A model generated the notes under the pieces. The model had not been told where the DNA came from, searched no databases, and worked only from the letters and a program-made list of their open reading frames with translations. Shown piece after piece: positions 1 to 9,191 of a DNA stretch of 64,000 bases. How positions within the stretch are numbered: position 1 is the first letter of the stretch; every line of letters begins with the position of its first letter. The stretch lies in NCBI GenBank assembly GCA_020632395.1, contig JACKFQ010000001.1, positions 34,864 through 98,863 of the forward strand. Direction: 5' to 3'. The position numbers were made by a program, and so were the translations under genes. The stretch is from Candidatus Nomurabacteria bacterium (GTDB taxonomy: Bacteria; Patescibacteriota; Dojkabacteria; SC72; JAHDCA01).

Positions 1-1
1 T

Positions 2-424
2 TTGATACTCAGAAATGATTCGTCTTATGACCCAAATTACCAAAAAGAAGATAACAATCCATTCAAACAAACCATTAGAAGGATAGTTGAACAATCCAAC
101 TGCAAATATCTTATAGACATACATGGATTACATGATCGACACAGGTATGATCTTGGGATCTTTTATGAGCGTCGATATTATAAATCCAAAGAATTAGCTT
201 ATAAAGTGGCAGAAGCACTAAATGTCGGCAAACTACGTGGAGTATTGATCCAGAACTTTAATTTTCCAGAGAGTGGTCAAGAAACACTGTCCGAATTTAC
301 TGTTCATGAATTAAAGATACCTGCCGTACAAATAGAGGTAGCTAGGTACATTCGGGAAGATCCCATCCTTCGTGAAGAATTGATCAAACATCTGACCGGT
401 GCGGTTTCCGGTTTGATCAACTAA
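2..424 (+). CDS. 3' fragment of an N-formylglutamate amidohydrolase (FGase) family protein; 5' end lies outside the window
   Basis: Motifs IDIHGL (cf. lDlHS), NFNFPESGQ (cf. N-P-f-G) and VQIEVARYIRE (cf. lqiEinr-lY) in the expected order. Confidence 0.45.
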   Translation: MILRNDSSYDPNYQKEDNNPFKQTIRRIVEQSNCKYLIDIHGLHDRHRYDLGIFYERRYYKSKELAYKVAEALNVGKLRGVLIQNFNFPESGQETLSEFTVHELKIPAVQIEVARYIREDPILREELIKHLTGAVSGLIN

Positions 425-824
425 CTTCACTCTTAATTAACTTCTTCTTTGACGCCTTTTTTGACTCTTTAGTAGGTTGGTCGACGCCGATAAGATCCAA
501 TTTCCTAAACAGGTATCGAGCTACTATATAGATCACAAGCATTGTAACTAGCATCTGTACTACTGAGTCTAGAAAATCTCCCACTAAGAACTCAACTCCA
601 TTTACAGAAGGTTTCCACTCACCGAACTGCTTGTTTGGTAGCAATAGGCTGATACCTGGACTGATTATCCCTGTAACCAGGGTGTTGACCACATCTTTAG
701 ATACTTGTCCAAGTATAGTTCCGATCGCTAGAGCAAAAATAGAGTACTTCCCAAGGAACTTAGAGAAATACTCAAATTCTTGAGAGATAAAAGTCTTGCT
801 TACTCGGTCTTTTAGGTCAGTCAT
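417..824 (-). CDS. mscL: Large-conductance mechanosensitive channel MscL
   Basis: 135 aa with two TM helices. N-terminal FKFLGKYSIFALAIGTILG matches the MscL signature FKEF-RGNVVDLAVGVIIG. Charged C-terminal tail. Confidence 0.8.
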   Translation of the reverse strand: MTDLKDRVSKTFISQEFEYFSKFLGKYSIFALAIGTILGQVSKDVVNTLVTGIISPGISLLLPNKQFGEWKPSVNGVEFLVGDFLDSVVQMLVTMLVIYIVARYLFRKLDLIGVDQPTKESKKASKKKLIKSEVS

Positions 825-943
825 TAATGAATTATTAAAAACTTATTATATCGAGCTGATTTCTTTGACTATGGTATACCAGCTTTGATAGACTCATCAT
901 GTTATCATTTACTGCCTATATTATAAATTATTAAACATATTTA

Positions 944-1975
944 ATGCCAAAGAAAGCAACCGTTACCAAATCAGACGCAAGATCAACTGAAAGATCTGAT
1001 AATAAGTCTAAATCCATATCAGTTGCCGTAGAACAGATAGAGAAGCAGTTTGGGAAGGGCTCAATAATGAAACTCGGAAGTAAGGAAAAGATAGATATTG
1101 ATGTAATACCAACCGGAGCGCTTTCTCTTGATGTTGCTCTAGGTGTGGGTGGTGTCCCAAGAGGAAGGATCGTTGAGATATATGGTCCTGAATCATCAGG
1201 AAAGACCACACTTGCTATGCACATATTAGCTGAAGCTCAAAAGAAAGGAGAAAATGTTGCATTTATCGATGCTGAACATGCTTTTGATCCGGAATATGGT
1301 CGCAATATTGGAATTGATATAAATGAGATGTATATTGCACAGCCTGATTTTGGTGAACAAGCCCTTGAGATACTGGAAACGCTGGTACGTTCGGCGGGAT
1401 TTGGAGTTATTGTTGTAGATTCTGTTGCCGCATTGACACCACGAGCTGAGATAGAAGGAGAGATGGGAGATAGTCATATGGGATTACAAGCTAGGTTGAT
1501 GTCCCAAGCATTGCGTAAGATCACAGCGATCTGTAATAAAACTGGTACTACTGTGATATTTTTGAATCAGTTGAGGATGAAGATCGGTGTATTGTTTGGT
1601 AATCCGGAAACTACGACAGGAGGAAATGCCCTAAAATTCTACTCATCTATCCGAATGGATATCCGCCAAAGAGAAAAGGTCATGAAAGATGGGGAACTAA
1701 TTGGACATATAAGACAGGTAAAAGTCGTGAAAAATAAGCTTGCTCCACCATTTAAGGAGGCTAGTTTCCTTATCAAGTATCCTTCTGGTATAGATAAAGA
1801 GAGCAGTATCTTGGATGCTGCGATCAGTCGTGGTATTGTTGAGAAGAAGGGTTCATGGCTTAGTTATGGAGATAGGCAACTGGCACAAGGAGCAGAGTCG
1901 AGTGCTGAGGAGTTGAAAAAAGATCCTAATCTAAAAAAAGAGATCGTAGACAAGGTCCTTCAATCAATAAAATAA
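944..1975 (+). CDS. recA: Recombinase RecA
   Basis: [15 protein letters not shown]; Walker [10 protein letters not shown]; [10 protein letters not shown]; [23 protein letters not shown]. Lys-rich N-terminal extension of about 25 aa. Confidence 0.97.
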   Translation: MPKKATVTKSDARSTERSDNKSKSISVAVEQIEKQFGKGSIMKLGSKEKIDIDVIPTGALSLDVALGVGGVPRGRIVEIYGPESSGKTTLAMHILAEAQKKGENVAFIDAEHAFDPEYGRNIGIDINEMYIAQPDFGEQALEILETLVRSAGFGVIVVDSVAALTPRAEIEGEMGDSHMGLQARLMSQALRKITAICNKTGTTVIFLNQLRMKIGVLFGNPETTTGGNALKFYSSIRMDIRQREKVMKDGELIGHIRQVKVVKNKLAPPFKEASFLIKYPSGIDKESSILDAAISRGIVEKKGSWLSYGDRQLAQGAESSAEELKKDPNLKKEIVDKVLQSIK

Positions 1976-1987
1976 ATACAGATCATC

Positions 1988-3025
1988 TTGGAAAATAACA
2001 CCACTTCGATAGAGTCTGGCAGTTCAGTTAAGACTGTTAGCTCAACACAACAGATGAATAACGATAGGCCAAAGGATTCCAACGGTTGCTTTAAGTTCGC
2101 TTTGATAGCGATCCTGGTAGTCATTGTGTTTGTATTCTGCTCATTCTCTTCTATGATTGCCATTCTTTCGATGGGAACCCAGACCTCATCAGAGAGAATA
2201 CTCGATGAAGGTTCAGCTGATCGAATTGCTGTGATAAACGTAAATGGCATGATCTTGCAGAGTATAGATAGCTCAATCTTCAGTGCTGGTGGTGGAGTGA
2301 CTCCAAGCATGGTGAGAGCCGATCTTGATAGTGCGCTGTCAGATCCTTCTGTCAAAGCAATAATTCTATACATCGAATCTCCGGGTGGTGAAGCAGTAGC
2401 AAGTGATGTGATCAGGGAATACGTCTCAGAAGCATCCCAGAGAAAGCCTGTTGTTGCATATAGTGGAAGTATAGCTGCATCAGGAGGATACATGATCGCT
2501 TCAGCTGCTGATAAGTTTGTAGTGCACCCGGGTGTGTTAACTGGCTCGATTGGTGTGATATTGGAAACCTCAAGCATAGATGGCTTGTACGAAAAGCTCG
2601 GGATAGAGACTGTGACCTTTAAGTCTGGGGAATTTAAAGATGATTCTGAGTTATATGATGGTGTTGATGGCGAGATCGAGACAATATATCAGGGGATCGT
2701 GGATGAGGCATACAATGATTTTGTCGATATGGTAGCTGAAGGACGACAGATGGATCGTGAGACCGTTGTAAAACTCGCTGACGGAAGGCTTTATACAGGT
2801 CGACAAGCAGTAGCTAATGGTCTCGCAGATTCGATGGGATATTTTGAGAAAGCAGTTCAAGAAGCAGAGGAGCTAGCTGGGATTAGTGGGTCTACTATTG
2901 TCGAATACGGAAACCAGGGATTCTGGGATGCATTACTTGGAACAAAAGTTCAAGGCATCATAGGTTCGCAATTAGTTCCAAATAGCTCTTTTGGTGTGTA
3001 TTATCTTCCGGACATTACAAGGTGA
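1988..3025 (+). CDS. sppA: Signal peptide peptidase SppA (36K type, ClpP/crotonase fold)
   Basis: N-terminal TM; YIESPGGEAVASD; SGSIAASGGYMIASAADK; LTGSIGVI. TGA stop overlaps the recX GTG start. Confidence 0.85.
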   Translation: MENNTTSIESGSSVKTVSSTQQMNNDRPKDSNGCFKFALIAILVVIVFVFCSFSSMIAILSMGTQTSSERILDEGSADRIAVINVNGMILQSIDSSIFSAGGGVTPSMVRADLDSALSDPSVKAIILYIESPGGEAVASDVIREYVSEASQRKPVVAYSGSIAASGGYMIASAADKFVVHPGVLTGSIGVILETSSIDGLYEKLGIETVTFKSGEFKDDSELYDGVDGEIETIYQGIVDEAYNDFVDMVAEGRQMDRETVVKLADGRLYTGRQAVANGLADSMGYFEKAVQEAEELAGISGSTIVEYGNQGFWDALLGTKVQGIIGSQLVPNSSFGVYYLPDITR

Positions 3026-3672
3026 AGATCACTCGGTTAGAGTATCAACAGAAAGATCAATCAAGAGTCAATGTGTATTCTGAAAACGGATACGAATTTA
3101 GCATACATGCTGGATTATTGGTGAAACGTCAATTATCTATAGGGGTTGAGCTTAGTGACGATCAGATCACTGAGATAATTACTGAAGACCTGTCATATCG
3201 ACTCCGATCCCGAGCTATTGATTATTTAGCTCGCGGTCCAAAGAGTATCAAACAGATGAATGACCATTTGATAAAGATAGCAAAAGAGAGGATATCTGAT
3301 TGGAGTGGTGTCAAAGAAAACAGTATTGATCTTGAAGGACTTGTAGATGCGACACTTTCCAAGCTAGTTGCAGAAGGTTTGTTGGATGATAGAGAATTTA
3401 CTCGGATATATCTTGGGTCGTTATTAGCCAGAAAAAATTACTCCACGATAGAATTGTGTAGTAAATTGTACAGATATGGGATCGCACAAAGTATAGTTGA
3501 CGAAGTGATGACAGAAATTGAGTTAGATGAGGTAGCCATGGCACGAGGTGCTTTGGAGAAGCGTTATCATAAGAAAACCTTGGAACGTTCTGACACTAAG
3601 ATGATCCAATTTCTACAAAGGAAAGGTTACAATTGGGATGTTATTTCAGAACTCATGAAAAATGACCTATGA
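3022..3672 (+). CDS. recX: RecA regulator RecX
   Basis: RAIDYLARG-type three-helix repeats, about 210 aa, immediately downstream of recA/sppA with a 4-nt overlap. Confidence 0.7.
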   Translation: MKITRLEYQQKDQSRVNVYSENGYEFSIHAGLLVKRQLSIGVELSDDQITEIITEDLSYRLRSRAIDYLARGPKSIKQMNDHLIKIAKERISDWSGVKENSIDLEGLVDATLSKLVAEGLLDDREFTRIYLGSLLARKNYSTIELCSKLYRYGIAQSIVDEVMTEIELDEVAMARGALEKRYHKKTLERSDTKMIQFLQRKGYNWDVISELMKNDL

Positions 3673-5398
3673 ATCTGTAAAGAAATGGATACTCCCGGGC
3701 TCTCCTCCTGTTTCCTTGCTTAAAAAGTACAAAATTGATCCTGTAATTGCCGGTTTGCTTCTACAAAGAGGGATCAAACCCGCAGAAGAACAGAAATTTC
3801 TCTACCCCACCATTGACCAGATCCCTTCACATAAAGACCTTTTTGGAGCAAAAACTGCTGCTATAAAGATACGTGATCATATTGAGAAAGGGAGTAAGAT
3901 ATTGATTCACGGTGATTTTGATGCTGATGGGATATGTGCTACTACCATACTGTGGGAATTCCTTTACCGTGAACTTTCAAAACATCTAGGAAAAAAGATC
4001 GATGTTTTACCATATATCCCTGATAGGGTTGAAGAGGGGTACGGATTATCAGAGAGTTCGATCGACTCATTAAAAGAATTAGGAGCTGATCTCGTGATAA
4101 CTGTGGATTGTGGTATCAGAGATAAGGATCTCATAGAAAAATATATGTCACAGGATCTTGACTTTATTGTAACCGATCATCACGTTCCACCTGAAGATCT
4201 TTTTTCTACACAATTGTCCTATACAGTAGTGCACCCGATGCATCCGAAGAAACCATACCCCCAGCAAGAGATCTCTGGAGCTACAGTAGCTTTCTTGTTG
4301 ACTCAAGCTCTGCGTGACGTCTATAAGATATCTCGATCAGTCAACACACCTGGATTGGATCTAGCTGCCTTCTCGACTATAACTGATATGATGCCACTTA
4401 CCGGGTCAAATAGAGCTTTGGTGAATTCGGGGCTGATAAAACTTCGATCAGGTGATCGACTAGGACTCTCAACTCTTGCTCTACAGGCAGGTATGAAGAA
4501 AGAGGATATCGACACTTACCACATAGGCTTTATATTAGGTCCCCGGATCAACGCTACAGGTAGGATAGGTTCACCACTAGATGGCGTAAGATTACTATCA
4601 ACTCAAAATAGAAAGCAGGCATCAGAACTTTCTTTGAAACTCGAACAATTAAACTCTAGAAGACAGCAACTCACAGAGGAGATACTCAGAGAAGTTCAGG
4701 ATCAGATAGATCCGTCAAAAAGTATAATAATTGCTGTAGGCACAAACTGGCCGGAAGGGATAATCGGCTTAGTTGCAGGCAAGATCATGGAACAGCACTC
4801 AAAACCAACTGTTGTGATAAGTAAGAATTCCGGTGGTGCAAGGGGTTCTGCACGAAGTCTTGAGGGTTTCCATATCACAAACGCATTAGAAAAGCTTTCT
4901 GACCATCTGGTCAAGTATGGTGGACATAGCGAAGCAGCAGGTTTTAATATTGACCCCTCACAGATTGACACTTTGGTAGGGAAACTAGAGGAGATTGCCA
5001 GTGATGAAATAGGCGATTCGATATTGCAGAAGGAGTTGAAGATCGAACTTCTACTAAATGATCTGTCTTTAGATCTTCGATTCATAGAAAAGCTACAACT
5101 TACAGCTCCTTGGGGCATAGGCAACAGAAAACCCCTACAAGGACTCATGCGGTGTGTGGTGATAGACAAAAGGATGATGGGGAAGAATGGTGATCATCTA
5201 AAGCTAGAACTGAAATTAGATACTCCAGAGACTCTCGAAGCGATAATGTTCAACTGTCAGGAAGATATTGCGAAGATCAACGTTGATGATTTGATAGATA
5301 TAGCAGGATATCTTGATATAAATCGATGGAATGGGAATGTATCTATACAATTTTCGATCAAAGAGTGGAGGTACTCAGATCAAGCTCTACAAGCGTGA
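3662..5398 (+). CDS. recJ: Single-stranded-DNA-specific exonuclease RecJ
   Basis: DHH motifs HGDFDADGICAT and VTDHHVP, DHHA1 region, about 578 aa. Confidence 0.9.
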   Translation: MTYESVKKWILPGSPPVSLLKKYKIDPVIAGLLLQRGIKPAEEQKFLYPTIDQIPSHKDLFGAKTAAIKIRDHIEKGSKILIHGDFDADGICATTILWEFLYRELSKHLGKKIDVLPYIPDRVEEGYGLSESSIDSLKELGADLVITVDCGIRDKDLIEKYMSQDLDFIVTDHHVPPEDLFSTQLSYTVVHPMHPKKPYPQQEISGATVAFLLTQALRDVYKISRSVNTPGLDLAAFSTITDMMPLTGSNRALVNSGLIKLRSGDRLGLSTLALQAGMKKEDIDTYHIGFILGPRINATGRIGSPLDGVRLLSTQNRKQASELSLKLEQLNSRRQQLTEEILREVQDQIDPSKSIIIAVGTNWPEGIIGLVAGKIMEQHSKPTVVISKNSGGARGSARSLEGFHITNALEKLSDHLVKYGGHSEAAGFNIDPSQIDTLVGKLEEIASDEIGDSILQKELKIELLLNDLSLDLRFIEKLQLTAPWGIGNRKPLQGLMRCVVIDKRMMGKNGDHLKLELKLDTPETLEAIMFNCQEDIAKINVDDLIDIAGYLDINRWNGNVSIQFSIKEWRYSDQALQA

Positions 5399-5440
5399 TC
5401 AGGGACAGACAACCTATGATAATATCTACTGCAGATGGCA

Positions 5441-5469
5441 TTGATACGATATGTTAAAATATGTATAAT
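5441..5469 (+). promoter_or_regulatory. Consensus sigma70-type promoter (TTGATA-N17-TATAAT) driving the downstream structured RNA
   Basis: TTGATA at 5441-5446, a 17-nt spacer, then TATAAT at 5464-5469. Predicted TSS is about 5476. Confidence 0.5.
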
Positions 5470-5475
5470 CCCAAC

Positions 5476-5710
5476 AGTAGCGAGCGGTGATAGTGAAAGT
5501 CCGCAAAAAGGAAGTGACAAAGAACAAATTGAATATCAATCGAGTGGCTCACGCAATTGAGGTGGCACCGCGGTAAACTTGAATTCTGCAAAACCAGCTA
5601 CTCCCAGCGTAAATTTGGGAGTACAAGCCAAACTGGACAGGCGACATGACTCCACCAGTTGTTTGCAGGATAAACAATACTCCGACCTTTAGGTCAAAGT
5701 ATTTTATCGT
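5476..5710 (+). ncRNA. rnpB: Structured ncRNA, candidate reduced RNase P RNA
   Basis: 450-nt intergenic gap bracketed by the promoter and terminator. Motifs GUGAAAGUCCG (P4 5' strand-like), GGUGGCACCGCGGUAAAC (cf. GGUGCGGUAAGAGCGCACC / GGCACGGUAAACUCC), GCAAAACC and ACAAUACUCCGACC (cf. ACAGAACCCGGCUUA). P4 pairing not convincingly reconstructed. Confidence 0.4.
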
Positions 5711-5740
5711 CCTCTGATCATCAGGGGATTTTTTCTTTTT
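5711..5740 (+). terminator. Rho-independent terminator
   Basis: Hairpin CCUCUGAUC/AUCAGGGG followed by UUUUUUCUUUUU. Confidence 0.55.
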
Positions 5741-5847
5741 AGATCTGAAACGCAACAGTTATACGACTTTTGGACCATTTTCTATGAGTATATCTCAACT
5801 ATGGTTTAAATATCCCAAAGAGAAGGTTGAATCGAGGGATCCTATGA

Positions 5848-8124
5848 GTGATCGCAGTGATGTATCTTTTAAATTATCAAAAAGTAAGAATGGACAGAAT
5901 ATTAGCATCAAAAACAACTGAAATGGTAGGAAAAGAAGTGAAAGTGTCAGGCTGGGTCTCAACGATCAGAGATCATGGACAGCTTGTATTTATTGATCTT
6001 CGTGATTGGTCTGGACGGATCCAACTGGTCATATATCCTGATCAGGAAGAAGCATTTGAGATCGCTAAAGGTCTTGGGGCTGAGTTTGTGATCAGTGCAA
6101 CAGGGATTGTCGTTGAAAGAGATAGCTCACTAGTGAACGAAAAATTAGATACAGGCAAGATCGAGATAAAAGTAGAGAAACTTGAATTGATAAACACCTC
6201 TCTACCGATACCATTTCCTTTGGACTCTGATGGACATGAACTGGATGAAAATCTAAGGTTGAAATATCGATATCTGGATCTTAGGAGGGAGCGATTGAAA
6301 GAGAATATGAAAAAGAAACATAAGCTTCTTCTTGCTGTCCGAAATTGGTTCTCTGAAAATGGTTTCACTGAAGTTATAACTCCTTTGCTAACCAGTACCT
6401 CCCCAGAGGGTGCAAGAGATTTTTATATCCCCTCAAGGATCCACCAGGGGAAGTTCTTCGTACTTCCTCAAGCACCACAGCAGTATAAACAGTTGCTCAT
6501 GGTGGGCGGTGTTGATAGATACTTTCAGATAGCACCTTGCGCGAGAGATGAGGATCCAAGGGCAGATAGACATGCGGGAGTTTTCTATCAGATCGATATC
6601 GAGATCAGTTTCCCAACAATAGATATGATCTTTGGCGTTGCCCAGGAGATGATACGATCTACATATCAATCTGTAGCACCTGAAAAGAAATTGATGGAAT
6701 ACCCCTTCCCACGGATCCCGTATGTTGAGGTATTTGATAGATTTGGTACTGATAAACCTGATCTGAGATTTGGGATGGAGCTGAAAGACCTGACGGAATT
6801 GTTGAAAGGAAAAACTGAATTCAAGATATTTAGTGAATCAGAAACTGTCAAATGTGTTGTCGCTCAGGGATGTGGAGTTTGGAGTAGAAAAGATATCGAT
6901 GAAATGGAGGTATTTGCAAAAGAGAATGGTGCAAAAGGTTTAGCATATGCCAAGGTCGTAGGTTCATCATTCAGTTCGGGTGTTTCAAAATATATCGAAC
7001 CATTTGCAAAAGAGATACTTGAAATTACCAGTGCAAAGGATGGCGATATGCTTTTCTTCGTGGCTGATGATCGTGCCGTGGTAAATAAAGTTCTGGGTGC
7101 TGTAAGAAGTCGCTTAGGTGACATGCTCGGTCTTAAGGACCCGAATCTACTTGCTTTAGTATGGATAACTGACTTTCCATTTTATGAGATGGATGAGAAG
7201 AATGGGAAATTGGATTTTGGTCACAACCCTTTTTCAATGCCCAAAGGTGGTATGGCTGCTTTTGATACTGATGATCCACTTACTATCCAATCACATCAGT
7301 ATGATCTAGCATTAAATGGTTATGAATTGGCATCAGGCTCCATCAGAAATCACGATCCGGAAGTGTTAGTAAAAGCATTTGAAACTGTCGGATACGATCG
7401 TGATGAGGTCATTAAAAGGTTTGGGGGCATGTTCAATGCGTTCCAGTACGGAGCACCTCCTCATGGTGGATGGGCAATAGGAGTTGATAGGATGTTCATG
7501 GTGCTAATCGATGAACCTAATATTCGCGATGTATATGCTTTCCCTAAGAACTCAAATGGTATGGATGTGATGATGAATGCGCCTAGCGAGGCTCCTGAAG
7601 CTGATCTTGATGTTCTAGGTATAGAATTGAAAGATAAGGGGTCGAAGACTGTCAAGAGGATCACAGATCGCCTAGATGCGATGAAGATCAACTACCAGTT
7701 AATGGAACATGAGCCTGTTAGGACATCTGAAGAAGCTGCAAAGATCCGCGGTACAAAATTGAGTGAAGGTGCAAAAGCTATGGTACTGCTGTCGAAAGAA
7801 TACGATAATAAGTTCTACATGGTAGTTATACCTGCTGATAAGCAATTAGATCTGCAGAAAGCCTCAAAATATATAGGGGAAGAAGTTCGAGTCGCATCAG
7901 CAGAGGAGGTCGAGGGGTATACAGGAGTTAAAGTAGGAGGAGTACCACCCTTTGGAAGATTGATGGGTATGGATCTGTTCTACGATAGATCTATGTATTC
8001 AAAGGAAAGATCCGCCTTCAATTGTGGTAGGAAAGATAGATCGATCATAATTCAAACAAAAGATCTTATTCGTGCAGCTCAACCTGATAAAAAGTCAGCT
8101 GATATGGATTTTCTGGTAGATTGA
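5848..8124 (+). CDS. aspS: Aspartyl-tRNA synthetase with a C-terminal YbaK/ProX-type aminoacyl-tRNA deacylase domain (fusion)
   Basis: N-terminal OB domain (VSGWVSTIRDHGQLVFIDLRD); class II motifs FYIPSR, QAPQQYKQLLMVGG, FQIAPCARDED, GGWAIGVDR. About 150 aa of YbaK-like sequence follow the normal AspRS end (MEHEPVRTSEEAAK...GVKVGGVPPFG). GAGGGA SD 9 nt before the GTG start. Confidence 0.85.
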   Translation: MIAVMYLLNYQKVRMDRILASKTTEMVGKEVKVSGWVSTIRDHGQLVFIDLRDWSGRIQLVIYPDQEEAFEIAKGLGAEFVISATGIVVERDSSLVNEKLDTGKIEIKVEKLELINTSLPIPFPLDSDGHELDENLRLKYRYLDLRRERLKENMKKKHKLLLAVRNWFSENGFTEVITPLLTSTSPEGARDFYIPSRIHQGKFFVLPQAPQQYKQLLMVGGVDRYFQIAPCARDEDPRADRHAGVFYQIDIEISFPTIDMIFGVAQEMIRSTYQSVAPEKKLMEYPFPRIPYVEVFDRFGTDKPDLRFGMELKDLTELLKGKTEFKIFSESETVKCVVAQGCGVWSRKDIDEMEVFAKENGAKGLAYAKVVGSSFSSGVSKYIEPFAKEILEITSAKDGDMLFFVADDRAVVNKVLGAVRSRLGDMLGLKDPNLLALVWITDFPFYEMDEKNGKLDFGHNPFSMPKGGMAAFDTDDPLTIQSHQYDLALNGYELASGSIRNHDPEVLVKAFETVGYDRDEVIKRFGGMFNAFQYGAPPHGGWAIGVDRMFMVLIDEPNIRDVYAFPKNSNGMDVMMNAPSEAPEADLDVLGIELKDKGSKTVKRITDRLDAMKINYQLMEHEPVRTSEEAAKIRGTKLSEGAKAMVLLSKEYDNKFYMVVIPADKQLDLQKASKYIGEEVRVASAEEVEGYTGVKVGGVPPFGRLMGMDLFYDRSMYSKERSAFNCGRKDRSIIIQTKDLIRAAQPDKKSADMDFLVD

Positions 8125-8175
8125 GTCTCTGATTTGAATATTGAAATCTAAAAGTTGTATCATAACCATTAACTG

Positions 8176-9138
8176 ATGGTGTACAAGATTCTTACAAATT
8201 CGTTGACCGTTTCGATCTGCCTGATGGTAGTTCTAGTTGTTGGTTTTGTGATCTCCGCATTTGATCTGAGAGATCATTATCCACTGATAATGACTTCCAC
8301 AGAAACCCCAGGGAAAAGTGAAAGATCTCCCGATCTCTCAAATGTGGTTGATCCAGAGATATATCTGATGGAGGAACAGGTCGAGCAGATAAAGGAGGAT
8401 CAGATTGACGCATTCTCATATGTCGCTTTTAATCCTGTGACACAACAACGCTTTGTTTCTCATAACCCTGATGAGAAAGTACCTATCGCTAGCCTGACCA
8501 AATTACTTACTGCCAAGATAGCCCTTGATACATGGGAGTTAGATGACAGATTAGTAGTAGGGGGGGGCGAATTTGATGGACTGGAGTGGACACTCGGATT
8601 AGAGGAGGGAGATGTGATGACTTTTGAAGATGTCCTAAAAGCTATGTTGGTGAGCTCATATAATGATGCAGCAGTTATGGTTGCCACAAATTATCCAGAT
8701 GGGTATGGATCATTCATTGATGAAATGAATGATCGGGCGAACAAACTCGGAATGTTGGGATCCAATTTTACTAATCCTACAGGCTTACATGATGATCAGC
8801 ATTATTCTACTGCCAATGACCTTGTAAAACTGGTGAAATATATCTTGGTCGATAGAAGGATCCTTGAGTACACTAATAGTTATACTGATGAAGTTGAGAT
8901 CGAGAGGAACGGTGAGATCTTGAAGGTTGGGCTTCTCTCTACAAATCAGTTACTAGGTACAGATCCTTATATCAAAGGACTAAAGACTGGTTATACTAAG
9001 GAGTCTGGGCCATCATTTATCGGTTACTATGATGCTGGAGAACAGAATCAACTTGTGACTATAGTACTGAACGCAGACGAGGATAGATTTAAGACCACTG
9101 CAAACTTAGTTGACCTCCTTCGAGCTTCGTTTAGGTGA
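8176..9138 (+). CDS. dacA: Serine-type D-Ala-D-Ala carboxypeptidase (PBP5/6-like, peptidase S11)
   Basis: N-terminal TM; SxxK (ASLTKLL), SxN (SSYNDAA) and KTG (KTGYT) motifs. Confidence 0.8.
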   Translation: MVYKILTNSLTVSICLMVVLVVGFVISAFDLRDHYPLIMTSTETPGKSERSPDLSNVVDPEIYLMEEQVEQIKEDQIDAFSYVAFNPVTQQRFVSHNPDEKVPIASLTKLLTAKIALDTWELDDRLVVGGGEFDGLEWTLGLEEGDVMTFEDVLKAMLVSSYNDAAVMVATNYPDGYGSFIDEMNDRANKLGMLGSNFTNPTGLHDDQHYSTANDLVKLVKYILVDRRILEYTNSYTDEVEIERNGEILKVGLLSTNQLLGTDPYIKGLKTGYTKESGPSFIGYYDAGEQNQLVTIVLNADEDRFKTTANLVDLLRASFR

Positions 9139-9191
9139 TCAGTGAGTTTAGGTGATCAGTGAATTTAGCTGATCTGTGAAAGTGAGTGAGA

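Noticed and set aside
5549-5755. 68-aa minus-strand ORF in the recJ-aspS gap
   Set aside because: It lies antisense to a promoter- and terminator-bounded structured RNA. A sense-strand ncRNA explains the region better.
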